From Magallana gigas (Eukaryota): 64,000 nt of DNA. Under the pieces are notes generated by a model. It did no database searches. It was given only the letters and a program-made list of their open reading frames with translations, and had not been told where the DNA came from. Of the stretch, positions 1 through 10,505 are shown piece after piece. Both the position numbers and the translations under genes were made by a program. How positions within the stretch are numbered: the first letter of the stretch is position 1; each line of letters starts with the position of its first letter. The stretch is taken from NCBI RefSeq assembly GCF_963853765.1, contig NC_088861.1, positions 48,980,001 through 49,044,000 on the forward strand, given 5' to 3'.

Positions 1-69
1 GCCGGTATATGTAGCAAATCAGAGTGAAAACCAGTAGCAGCCATCACCATTGCAACGCATTCTAAAGAT

Positions 70-2280
70 TTGCAAAAGCAACAATCAGACGAATCAGAGA
101 TTGCTGAAGTCATAGAGTGGCTAAGAAACGCACATAGGGCAGGTTGGGACAAACTATCTACACGCAGCACAAGTTTAAAAGCGTACTGGGCTCAGTTTGA
201 CCAGTTGTCAGTAAGAGACAATATATTGTACCGAAAATGGTTTACAAACAAAGGAAAAGTGGAGAAAGAACAAGTAGCGGTACCAAATTCCATGAGGTCA
301 ACCATTCAAAAGCAATGCCATGATGCACCATCAGGAGGACATCTTGGTAGGCATAAGACTCTTACAAAAATAAAGCAAAGCTTCTACTGGCCAGCCATGG
401 ACAAAGATGTAAGAAGATGGTGTGCGTCCTGTCCTGATTGCGCAAAAAGAAAGAAATACGGTAAAACTCCACGTGCGCCTTTGCAAGTTACCGGAGCAGG
501 GGACCCAGGAGAAAGAGTTGCGATGGACATTTTAGGTCCCGTTCCTACATCAAACAGAGGGAACAAATACATTTTGGTAATTCAAGACTATTTCACAAAA
601 TGGGCTGAAGCTATTCCAATACCGGACATGAAGGCCAAGACGGTAGCGCAAGCTTTCATAGACAATTACGTTACCAAATATGGCGCACCTAGAACTCTCC
701 ATACTGACCAAGGACGCCAGTTCAAATCAAGATTATTCAAACAACTGTGCGATATACTGAAAATCAACAAGACTCGCACGACCCCCTACCATTCGCAATC
801 TGATGGCATGGTGGAGCGCATGAACCGCACACTTGAAAATATGTTGTCAATGTACATTGATTCAAATCAAAAGAACTGGAATGAAAACCTTCAGCTGGTA
901 TGCATGGCATATAGATCTGCAGAGCACGAGAGTTCCGGATTTACACATAACTATTTAACTTTTGGACGGGAGGTTGTACTGCCAGTAGAACTAGTAGCAG
1001 GTTTACCCGCTCATCAGAAGAGATCAACAGAAGAATATATCAATGAACTAGAAGATTCATTGGCAATAGCGCATGAAATAGCAAGAAATAATTTGTCGGA
1101 CGCTTTGAAACGGCAAAAACTGAGATACGACTCAAGACTGTCCTGGAAGAAATTTGACATTGGCAGTAAGGTTTGGCTGTATACCCCTAAGAGAACCAAA
1201 GGCATCTCACCAAAGTTTCAGAAGTGGTGGACAGGGCCGTATACGGTGCTGAAGAAATTCAGTGATGTCACATATCAAATTGGAAAAGACAAGAATCGAT
1301 TGGTAGTCCATGTTGATAGGTTAAAGACTTGTATTTGTCGTGAAGAAACAAGTGAAAGTAACGACAAGAAAAATAATGGTAAAGAAGTTTATTTTAAAGA
1401 AGACACAAATGACCCTCCGTATGTTTCGGACATAATTATTGACCCTGTTGTGGTTCTATACACTGATGACGATGCAGAGACCTTCAGTGTAGCCGGCGCT
1501 ACAGATTCAAAAGATCAAAGGTTTCATCGCGGAGCAACTACCCGGTATCAAAGACAATGCCGACCACCGAGACGGTTTGAAGATTTTCAATTGTATCGCT
1601 TGTCGGGAGTAGCCGAGACATCAAAGAGAGAGCCGCTCAATCCAAACATCATTGCTTGTGACTGCCATTTGCAAACTTGCAATCGTATGGCTAAGACGAA
1701 AAATACGGTGCGTAAAGTATCTGCAATGCATAAGTGTCCGCTATGTATAGAAATTTTCCAGAGCCCTGAAGAAGTGCTAGACCACGTTGGACGTAAACAC
1801 GACAAAAGGTTATGGTGTGAGTACTGCGACTACACATCTGAAAGATCAGCAGACATCAAGAGACATTGCGAACGCCGCCATCCTTCGCACGCCGATGTAG
1901 AGAGACCCAAGTTACGGATAGAGGAAGACTGTACTACCCGCTGCCGCACTCAGCCTATGCCTGTATTCAACCCTAAGAAGGACAAGCCGGCTGCGACCGG
2001 ATCATCGCGCGACAAGAATAACAACGCTGACAGTTTGATGTCCGTTATATCCACGGATGTTGTTCCTCCTGTAGATCAACATAAAACTTCTGTTGCGCCG
2101 CGATGCGATCAAACCGCCAGAAACGTTGGATGCCAGACGGATGCTGTTTACCTGTGTAAGGATGCCGCCATTCAGTGCAATGCGGAAATCGCGAGCCGTT
2201 GTGATGTTACCACCCAGTGCAATGGAGTTATCGTTCGTAAACGACGCGTATCTGAAGCCGAGTGGACGGAGTTTGAGTGA
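70..2280 (+). CDS. pol: Gypsy Pol C-terminal part: integrase (HHCC zinc-binding, DDE core, GPY/F domain) with an in-frame C-terminal extension carrying two C2H2 zinc fingers; 5'-partial
   Basis: CHDAPSGGHLG...CASCPDC (HHCC); VAMDILGP / LHTDQGRQF / GMVERMNRTL (D,D,E); WWTGPYTV...VHVDRLK (GPY/F); CPLC..H..H and CEYC..H..H at 1735-1881. The TTG at 70 is not a true start. Confidence 0.92.
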   Translation: MQKQQSDESEIAEVIEWLRNAHRAGWDKLSTRSTSLKAYWAQFDQLSVRDNILYRKWFTNKGKVEKEQVAVPNSMRSTIQKQCHDAPSGGHLGRHKTLTKIKQSFYWPAMDKDVRRWCASCPDCAKRKKYGKTPRAPLQVTGAGDPGERVAMDILGPVPTSNRGNKYILVIQDYFTKWAEAIPIPDMKAKTVAQAFIDNYVTKYGAPRTLHTDQGRQFKSRLFKQLCDILKINKTRTTPYHSQSDGMVERMNRTLENMLSMYIDSNQKNWNENLQLVCMAYRSAEHESSGFTHNYLTFGREVVLPVELVAGLPAHQKRSTEEYINELEDSLAIAHEIARNNLSDALKRQKLRYDSRLSWKKFDIGSKVWLYTPKRTKGISPKFQKWWTGPYTVLKKFSDVTYQIGKDKNRLVVHVDRLKTCICREETSESNDKKNNGKEVYFKEDTNDPPYVSDIIIDPVVVLYTDDDAETFSVAGATDSKDQRFHRGATTRYQRQCRPPRRFEDFQLYRLSGVAETSKREPLNPNIIACDCHLQTCNRMAKTKNTVRKVSAMHKCPLCIEIFQSPEEVLDHVGRKHDKRLWCEYCDYTSERSADIKRHCERRHPSHADVERPKLRIEEDCTTRCRTQPMPVFNPKKDKPAATGSSRDKNNNADSLMSVISTDVVPPVDQHKTSVAPRCDQTARNVGCQTDAVYLCKDAAIQCNAEIASRCDVTTQCNGVIVRKRRVSEAEWTEFE

Positions 2281-2356
2281 CAATTTTGTGAATAGTGAAC
2301 ATTTTATGTGACTTTGTTTACGCGATTCGGGACGAATCTACAAGAGGCGTGGGTTA

Positions 2357-2785
2357 TGTTACGGACTTTATCTTTTATAAAAGATTGTATTATAAATGTA
2401 AATGTGATTATCGCCCTTTAATTCTGTATTTTGTGAAATTGTATAGATGTCGCTTTATATTTGTCACGTGATCACTGTCTATATAAATGTTGATTATCGT
2501 GATATTTGATTATTCTTTGCTTTGCTTGGTTTTGGATAAGAGCTCAAGTTTCCTGAATAAGGAACAAATGAAGTCCTGAATAAGGCATGGTCAATTAGCC
2601 TGAATAAGGCTGCGACTATTCAGTTTACAACTGCTTAGCCTGAATAAGGCATCAGCTATTATTATTGTTTACATTTGATTCAATCCAGTGCTGACGCATA
2701 TTTGCTGTTTTCAAATTGATAGACTTCCAATAAATCCATAAACACAGAGACTTGTTTTACTTCAAGCAAAACGAACCCCGTAACA
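2357..2785 (+). repeat. 3' LTR (429 bp) of the Gypsy element
   Basis: Begins TGTTACG and ends CGTAACA (7-bp terminal inverted repeat); follows a purine tract; AATAAA at 2729-2734; four internal CCTGAATAAGG copies. Confidence 0.85.
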
Positions 2786-3160
2786 CTATAAACAATTTTA
2801 ATCAATATTGCAAAATTATACCAAGTAAACTAGGAGGATATGTTTTCTATTAATTTTCCGAAGTATGATTACAACATAACCTTGTTGGTATCTTTTTTTT
2901 TACAAATCAATTGACCATTTCTGCATGTATAAGGAAATAAATAAATAAAGCGATTTTTTTGCATATATACAATTAAAGTATTACTTGTAACTTTATATTA
3001 CGATTGTACTATTCAGAAATGACAATTTAAAACAGTTGTAAGAAAGGTTGACGAGGCAGCCAAAGATAATGTTTAGTTTTATAATACAGTAGGTTGGCGT
3101 GTTTCTGTGTGGGATTATAGATTTAATATACGATATATAATGTATTCATACTTTCCTTAG

Positions 3161-6100
3161 ACTGTGCTCCTGGTTTCTATGGACACGACTGCCAGGAAGA
3201 GTGTGGGAAATGTAAAGATGTCGCAGGCTGCAATCGGACTTCCGGTTTGTGTCCAAATGGCTGCAAAGAACACTGGGTACCACCACTGTGCAAAGGTAAA
3301 AACTTGTGATCATGATAGTTAATGACAAAAACCCCACCATGTCATATTCTATATCATTTTTCGTGGCATGCTTTCTTACAAATAAGTTTCCCGCCATGTG
3401 CCTAATTGGAAACAGAGAAAATTTGGCACTATTGTCATGCAGAGGCAGAATGCTTGAATATTGTTATTCATTATTTATGGGTTTTTTCCTACGTGTATTT
3501 CGACGAATGCATATACAATTTCATGTTCATTTATTATAAAACTGTGCTCGTGGTATTTCATGGTAAAGTAATCTGAACTGTTTTTCGGCAGCATTCAATT
3601 TCGGTTAATTATTTAACATTCCCTAGATTTACATGTATCCGCTTTAAATCTCTTGTTGCTTGCTTTTTGATTTGCTACGTACGTCAATCATGCTGTAACC
3701 AATTGCCCGCATCGGATTTAATATCTTGTTTGGGATGTATTACCTTAAATGGGGGCATAAATTTACAGTGCAAAATTTGGCAATTTTTCTTATAAGGAAC
3801 ATTTGTAATAAATCCTGATGATACTGAAAATTATTTCATTTCGTAGTGGCAATATATTTGTGTGATTCATTGTAATTAATTGGTACATTCACGAATAAAT
3901 TTCCTCCAAAAATTAATAAATTAAGGCAATAAAGTCATAATTCAATCTGTAGGTATATGATTAAAGGAAATTAGTCCTTACGAACCAGTAAAAATAAAGC
4001 AATCCCCGAAAATTGGCCCCCACAAATGTTTCTGATTTCACGGTATCCATAAAAAAACTTTGTTGAACAAGTTTTACCATAAACCTAAAGATTAATAATA
4101 TTTGAATATACTGAGGGATCGATTTCCAAAACAGTAGTCATGAAGAAAACTTATCTACCAGAAGATCTTATATATGAAGGATTTTTATCCGGATTTACAA
4201 AATTTTAGTCAAATGAAATTTTTTTTGGGCACTGTTTTTTAAATTCATATAGAGTATTTTATCCGAAATGAGCTATGAGACCTGTTTGGGAGGAAGAAGG
4301 TTCAGTTTCCTGCAATATATGCCATAACATTAAACAGTTGTTTAAATCTCATGAAAATACTACTACGCGGCTATGTTAAGGCTGCCCGAAGCTAAATATA
4401 TATCGAAAAATGATACTATATTAATTATCGAAAAATGCTTTAACCGAGTGAGTTTCTTTAAACTTTTATAACATAAGTTAACAGTTGCATCCAACACTAT
4501 ATTTGATGTATTTTTGTGACGTCATATATTTTTCTTAAGCACGTGACGGGTGTATTCTAACACGGTAAATAATCTATAAAAATCGCATCGGCACAAGTGA
4601 ATAATGACATTAAATCAAAAATATTTTAATGAAAAATCCTTCGATAAGTAATGTATTTTGCAGTTCTTGCTGGGGGTTCATATAAATATGTCGTTTATTT
4701 GAAATATTGTCAAAACATTTCGCACCGCCATCGAAATTAGGCACATTTTTACCTTTTAGGCTCGATTTACACAAAATCGGGTCAATCGGTAGGTTTCCCC
4801 CAGCAAGATTCACAGTGGTACTTATTTTCTCTCCCGATTTCACGTAAAATATACTAAGATTGTTTTTATCTTTCACTTGTGGCAAGCCGTTTTTTATATG
4901 CACATACATATCACCATTCATTAGATTACACGTAGCAGGGGGAGTCTCAAAACCATTAGTTTATGAATAGTTATTTACCTATTACAAAGCTTTAAAACTG
5001 TTGATTTTTTTATACTCCATATCGGTGATATTGAATTTAGTATCACTAGTATTTACAACAGTGTCTATGTAAAGGAATGAAGCGATTTTATTATGCACAA
5101 TGAATATCACTTTTTACGTTACAATACATTCCCTAAGAACGATCGAAAGGAATTGCAGATCGTGACGTCAAAGTTAACTATGACGTCATATCTTATGAAG
5201 TACAGACAAGTGACTTTCTACATATCGCTGTGAAATTAATCGGGCAGCCTTAACATAGCCGCGTATACCGTTTTGAAAACGTGGGTGTCTAAAGTTTTAA
5301 CTTTTTTTCTGTTTTTAAAAGGTAAAACTGATTTCATTAATAAACCTTATTTCTCAGAATATGCCGAAAATGATGAATAATGGCACATTTTCTGGTAGTT
5401 TTTTAAAGAGAAAAATGAAATGAATATATTTTATGCATTATCACGTTAATTTAATTGTGGGTGAGGGCTGCACATAAAATGTATAGTTTTCTACAAAAAA
5501 AAAAAAACTACGGAAGAAATTGTGTCTGCTGCTAAGTTTAAAAAAAATATATGAGGAAATGCACTTCTTGTGACATTTGAACCTCTAATCTGGTAAATTT
5601 TATACGGTCTGAATGTTCAGGTATTCATGTGCATATAAATGTTGCATTTTCATTTTTGGTGATATTTTGAAAACTGTAAAACATGGTACAGCATTACTGA
5701 AAGTGTACCTACTCTTAATTCCCGGATCTTAAATCCAAAGTCCGATTACTTTAACTCGACACAATCAACTTAAATACTGCAGATCTATCGCTCTACGGAA
5801 AATTGAGGTTGTGAAAAATAAAATTAACTAATGAATCCAAAACTAGCTCAAGTTTTGAGTACGGTGAATTGTAAATATTTAGGGCGAAAAACACTGTAGT
5901 TCCCGATTGTCAAATCGATTGTTCTCAGATTGGGTGCTACAGATCTGCAGCTATAATCATCTAACTCAATTGGAGAACGGCATTTAACTGACTATTAACT
6001 ATATATTACCTTGATAGCCATTGAATAAGTAAATAATACATATTACAGCACACCATGTGTTAAAGAAGTACACTATGCCAACCATCACATCAATCATTGA

Positions 6101-6555
6101 ATACTGAAGAATAGGCTCTAATAAATGCATATGCTTAATGTTCGCAATGATTCTGGTAAAGGGAATTTCAAATATATCTTCAAATTGAAAAAAAAGAAGA
6201 TATATGTATTTTCTTTGGCTTACCCATTAGAATGTGAACCTTATAAATACGGTCCTTACTGTGCGTTTGACGCACCTACTTTATTTGTTTCCTAACAACT
6301 CCATATATGTTTCACAATAATCTGTGTATTTTTGTCTTTTCAGAACCTAGTTTTTTTACTCTAGCCGTGGTTTTGTTAGTCCTTTTTACAGTTCTAATAG
6401 GTTTTGTGGTATTCCTAATAATTTATTCGAAGCGATACACTTCCTCACAACATAATGACGAGAATCCATTGGAGGATTCTGAAACAGAGGACCCGGAAAC
6501 GGATACAGAATGCAAAGAAAATCAAGAAAACGAGAAAATACTATCAGTTCTTTAG
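3161..6555 (+). CDS. Gene A (3' part): multiple-EGF-like-domain type-I membrane receptor; exons 3161-3295 (EGF) and 6344-6555 (TM + acidic tail + stop)
   Basis: 135-nt phase 1-1 exon DCAPGFYGHDCQEECGKCKDVAGCNRTSGLCPNGCKEHWVPPLCK, bounded by TTAG/GTAAA and paralogous to gene B exon 21218-21352. Last exon EPSFFTLAVVLLVLFTVLIGFVVFLIIYSKR... follows a TTTCAG acceptor. Confidence 0.75.
4366..5263. mobile_element. Non-autonomous TIR element (MITE, about 900 bp) with TA target duplication, Tc1/mariner-like
   Basis: TA-CGCGGCTATGTTAAGGCTGCCCGA at 4364-4389 is the exact reverse complement of TCGGGCAGCCTTAACATAGCCGCG-TA at 5240-5265; no coding capacity inside. Confidence 0.75.
6231..6295 (+). pseudogene. 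Truncated EGF exon of gene A (acceptor intact, 3' part and donor deleted, early stop)
   Basis: CATTAG|ECEPYKYGPYCAFD matches the start of gene B exon 21731 (ECLPYKYGPNCSLD), then diverges into APTLFVS-TAA. Confidence 0.65.
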
Positions 6556-6995
6556 GTTCTAGGAAACGTAGATTATTCTAAACCCTAAAATAGGCTTCTT
6601 CTGACCCCCTCCCCGCCAGTTTTTTTTTTCTTACAATTTTTCTCAACAAGAGCATCTTGGGACGTTGAATATTAGTTATAGTGAAGTGTAAAGACCCCTG
6701 TGTATTGTTAGCGATACATACTAGATTTACTGTCATAATAATACTCCATTATGGGTACTAACGGTATATATATTAATCATAAAATTTTCACCTGCATTAT
6801 ACTGATCTATAAAATAAATATTACTATAGTAATATCAAATGCCGGAAAACAAATACAATAATTTATGTGGTTTTCATTATTAATGACTAAAAACGTTGTA
6901 AAAGATGTAAACAATTTTTCTCATGTCTATATTATAAAGAAATAAAAACAATCGGATAAATACTGGTATTTTGAATACAAAGTAAACAACGTTTC

Positions 6996-7992
6996 AAACA
7001 AAAGGCCCAGGGGCTACATCGCTCACCTGAGCAACAATTGTTTTAATTCTGATCAAATTAGCATTACAGTATCAAAATATCTTGCCAAACTGAATACAGT
7101 AGATCTTGCTAAAAAAAATTGAAAATCTGCCAATTTTTATCCACCTCTTATTTTTTGGTAAATACCAAGCCCCTTTTGTTGTTGTACCTGTAAGAAGATT
7201 TTTCTCTTTTCCTATAACCCCCCCCCCTCTCCCCATTTCGTGGCCCCATTATTCTCTAGGGAATCATGGTTTCATCAAACTTAAATCTACCTTTAATCTC
7301 ATAACCTGTGCTTTCACACTAAGTACTGAGTTTTGGACCGAAAACTTTCCCAGAATATTTTTAAAGATTGTAAAACTTGATCCTCAATTGTGGCCTCACC
7401 CTACCCCTGGGGACCATGATTTGAACAAACTTGAATCAACACTTCCTGGGGATGCTTCAATTTTAATTTGAGTTTTTCTGGCCTAATAGTTTTTGAGAAG
7501 AAAATTTTTAAAGATTTTTTCTATACATTCCTATGTAAAACTTGATCCCCCAATTGTGGCCCCACCCTCCCCCTCGGGAACCATGATTTGAACAAACTTG
7601 AATCTACACTTCCTGAGGATGCTTCCACTCAAATTTGAGCTTTTCTGGCCTAATAGTTTTTGAGAAGAAAATTTTTAAAGATTTTCTCTATATATTCCTA
7701 TGTAAAACTTGATCCCCCAATTGTGGCCCCACCCTACCCCCGGGGACCATGATTTGAACAAACTTGAATCTACACTTCCTGAGGATGCTTCAATTTTAAT
7801 TTGAGCTTTTCTGGCCAAATAGTTTTTGAGATGATTTTTAAAGATTTTCTCTATATATCTACACTACCTGATTATGCCTCCACACAAGTTTAAGCTTTAC
7901 CGGCCTAATAATTTTTGAGAAGAAGATTTTTGAAAAATACCAACAAATTTTCAATAATTCTCAATTATCTCCCCTTTAAAAAGGGCGTGGCG

Positions 7993-8024
<32 letters not shown>

Positions 8025-8072
8025 TAGTGGTGCTTTGTGCCAAATTTGGTTGAAATCTGCCCAGTGGTTCTT

Positions 8073-8103
<31 letters not shown>

Positions 8104-8143
8104 ACGACGACGACGACAACGACAACGACGACAGACAACGGAC

Positions 8144-8175
<32 letters not shown>

Positions 8176-8195
8176 TGGCTCAGGTGAGCTAAAAA
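6996..8195. mobile_element. Helentron-associated non-autonomous element (HINE/pearl-like) carrying Cg170-like 166-167 bp tandem monomers
   Basis: Starts AAACAAAAGGCCCAGGGGCTACATCGCTCACCTGAG; GATTTGAACAAACTTGAATC recurs at 7418, 7585 and 7751; (GAC)n/GACA microsatellite near 8103-8140; ends GCTCACTTGAGCCTTTGGCTCAGGTGAGCTAAAAA. Confidence 0.8.
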
Positions 8196-8440
8196 GCATT
8201 GGTTGTGTATTAATATGTTTTGAATTTTTTCCCAAAACTGTCAACGTACTATGTTTGATATGGCGAAAATGTGTTTTGACCTTCACCATTCATGTTTTGT
8301 ATAAGATTATCGATGTTCGTAATCAAACCACTTTTTAGTTCACCTGACTCAAAGGTCTATGTGAACTTTTAAAAATAACAATCTCTGCCCCTTGTGTGCA
8401 AGTTATTTTTTTCTATTAATTATGTAATTACGCAAGATAA

Positions 8441-9116
8441 ATATGCTGACATGCACGATAGTTATGTCAACATGCAACATAACTATATGGACATGCAAGA
8501 AAACTGTAATTTAATAAGAATTATACAAATCTCAAATATCGCCAACATGTGACATCCAATATGCTAGATACGTTACCTTGATGTCAACATGCAACTTATT
8601 TATGTTACCATGCAACTTCTTTATGTTGACATGCAACTTTTTTATGTAGTCATGGAACTTAGTAATGTTTGCATGCAGGATAAATATGTTGACATGCAAC
8701 TTAGTTATGTTGACACACAACTTATAAGTTGCATGTCAACATATTTATCTCGCATGTAATCATAACTAAGTTGCATGTTTACGTATTTATCTTGCATGTT
8801 GAACAAAAGTAAGTTGCATGTCGACATAAATACGTTGCATGTCGACATAGATAAGTTGCATGTCGACATAAATAAGTTGCATGTTGAGATAAATAAGTTG
8901 CCTGTTAGCATACTTATCTTGCATGTTAACATAAATAAATTGCATAAAAATGTAGCTTCTAGCATTTTGGATATGAGAGGGGGGCAATATTTGAGATTTT
9001 TTGAGATTTTGTATAACTCTTATCTGGTTGCAATTTTCTTGAATGTCAATTAATTTTTTTGCATGTTGGCAAAATTATGTTGTATGTTGACATATTTATC
9101 TCGCATATCGACATAT
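8441..9116. repeat. Degenerate 21-22 bp minisatellite arranged as an inverted (foldback) array
   Basis: ATGTTGACATGCAACTTATTT-type units on the left, their reverse complement AAGTTGCATGTCGACATAAAT on the right; the switch occurs at the palindrome CAACTTA|TAAGTTG (8718-8731). Confidence 0.75.
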
Positions 9117-10505
9117 TGGATAAAAAAATAACTTGCACACAATGGACAAAATTAACAAAATCAGCAGATTTCACAGTTTTGTTTTTATAATGTTTTATGT
9201 ATGTCGGATCAACTTATAAAAAAATATAAAGATGTATAATTCTTTAAAATTTAGAAAGTGATACAAGAACTATTGTTCAGGCGAGCTATGTGGCACAAAG
9301 GCATAGAATTGCAGATCTTTGAGAACAAAAAGCAAAAAGAAATGCCGTTCAATGAAATAAAACTTTGTTTTTAAGGAACAAATATTTTCGTGTTTTACTT
9401 GACATAAGTAATATCAGGATATGATTAGATTTAAAAAAGTTACAACGTTATTATTTTATAATTTGTATGCTTGGACTATTGCATTAGGCATTCTTTCTGA
9501 TGATTTTAGATACATTGTAACATATAATGAAATATATTAAGAACTAGCATTTCAATAATAGTTTATTAAAAGGATATAATGATTAATGAAAATATGAGTA
9601 AAAATCAACATATCATCTCAATGTGCATTGCATTCTTTTCTTGTACAAACATTATCAAGAAAGATATGGTCTGTGATTGAAAAACGAAAGATGCATTAAG
9701 TCGTGTTTTTTTTTGTACATGCTATGACAATGAAAGCATATGTAATGTTTGATGTAATTATATACGTCCATTAAGAGGTTTTGTTAGTCATGACCATATT
9801 TTGACTGTGTTGATCTCCTTTCAAAGAAGAACTCTATATGAAAATATTAAAAAAATACCCAAATTTAAAAGATGAAATATCTGATTTGTTTCTTTACCAA
9901 ACAAAAGTTTATAGTTAAAAAAATATATTTTAAAATTTAAGGCAGACCTGATAGTTAAATTGTTAACCATCCAGCCTTATTTGAATTATTTAAAAATTGA
10001 TAAAAAGAACGACAAGTCTGGTTGTTTTTTTAGCATCATATAACCATAAAGACGACATTTACAATTTGTATGGAATCCAAATAGTTCTACGATGCAAACC
10101 TTCTTTTCTAAAAGAGCTAACAACATTCAAATTTACTTCAAACTTATTACAACTAACTTTTAAAGTCTAACGTTTCTTGAATTTATCTTGTAAATCTAGT
10201 ACTACGGCTTTGTTGAGTCAATGCTTTCTCTTTTTTTTAATAGCTCAGGGAAGTATTGATTCATTATAAAACGCAATAAAAAAGTATTAACAACCAATTA
10301 TTTCCTTTTTATTTGTGTGTGTATTCCTTCAACACGTTTTGATTTATTAAGATTCAACTAATTCGGCTCGAAGTGTAGTTCTTAATCAACTTTGATGTTC
10401 AATAAATGATTAATCGAATATGCGTTTAATACGGTTTTTATTTAAAACGGTGCTTATATACGAGTGATTATTTGTACACATACATGTGTTATACATGTTT
10501 CGACT

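Larger units (their letters stand above)
1..2785 (+). mobile_element. Ty3/Gypsy LTR retrotransposon, 3' portion (pol/integrase, PPT region, 3' LTR); 5' part lies outside the window
   Basis: Integrase ORF to 2280, purine-rich tract ACAAGAGGCGTGGG just before 2357, then an LTR bounded by TGTTACG...CGTAACA. Confidence 0.93.

Noticed and set aside
384-2311. Short ORFs overlapping pol on the other strand or frame (384-572, 1014-1205, 1587-1805, 2002-2283, 2093-2311)
   Set aside because: Shadows of the GC-richer pol ORF with no motifs.
8020-8289. ORF containing SSPEPKAQVSFSDHNLSVVCRRCRCRRRR
   Set aside because: It is the translated end of the Helentron-associated repeat and its microsatellite.
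8532-9053. Several overlapping ORFs with HVDINKL / STCNL repeats
   Set aside because: Products of the 21-bp foldback minisatellite.
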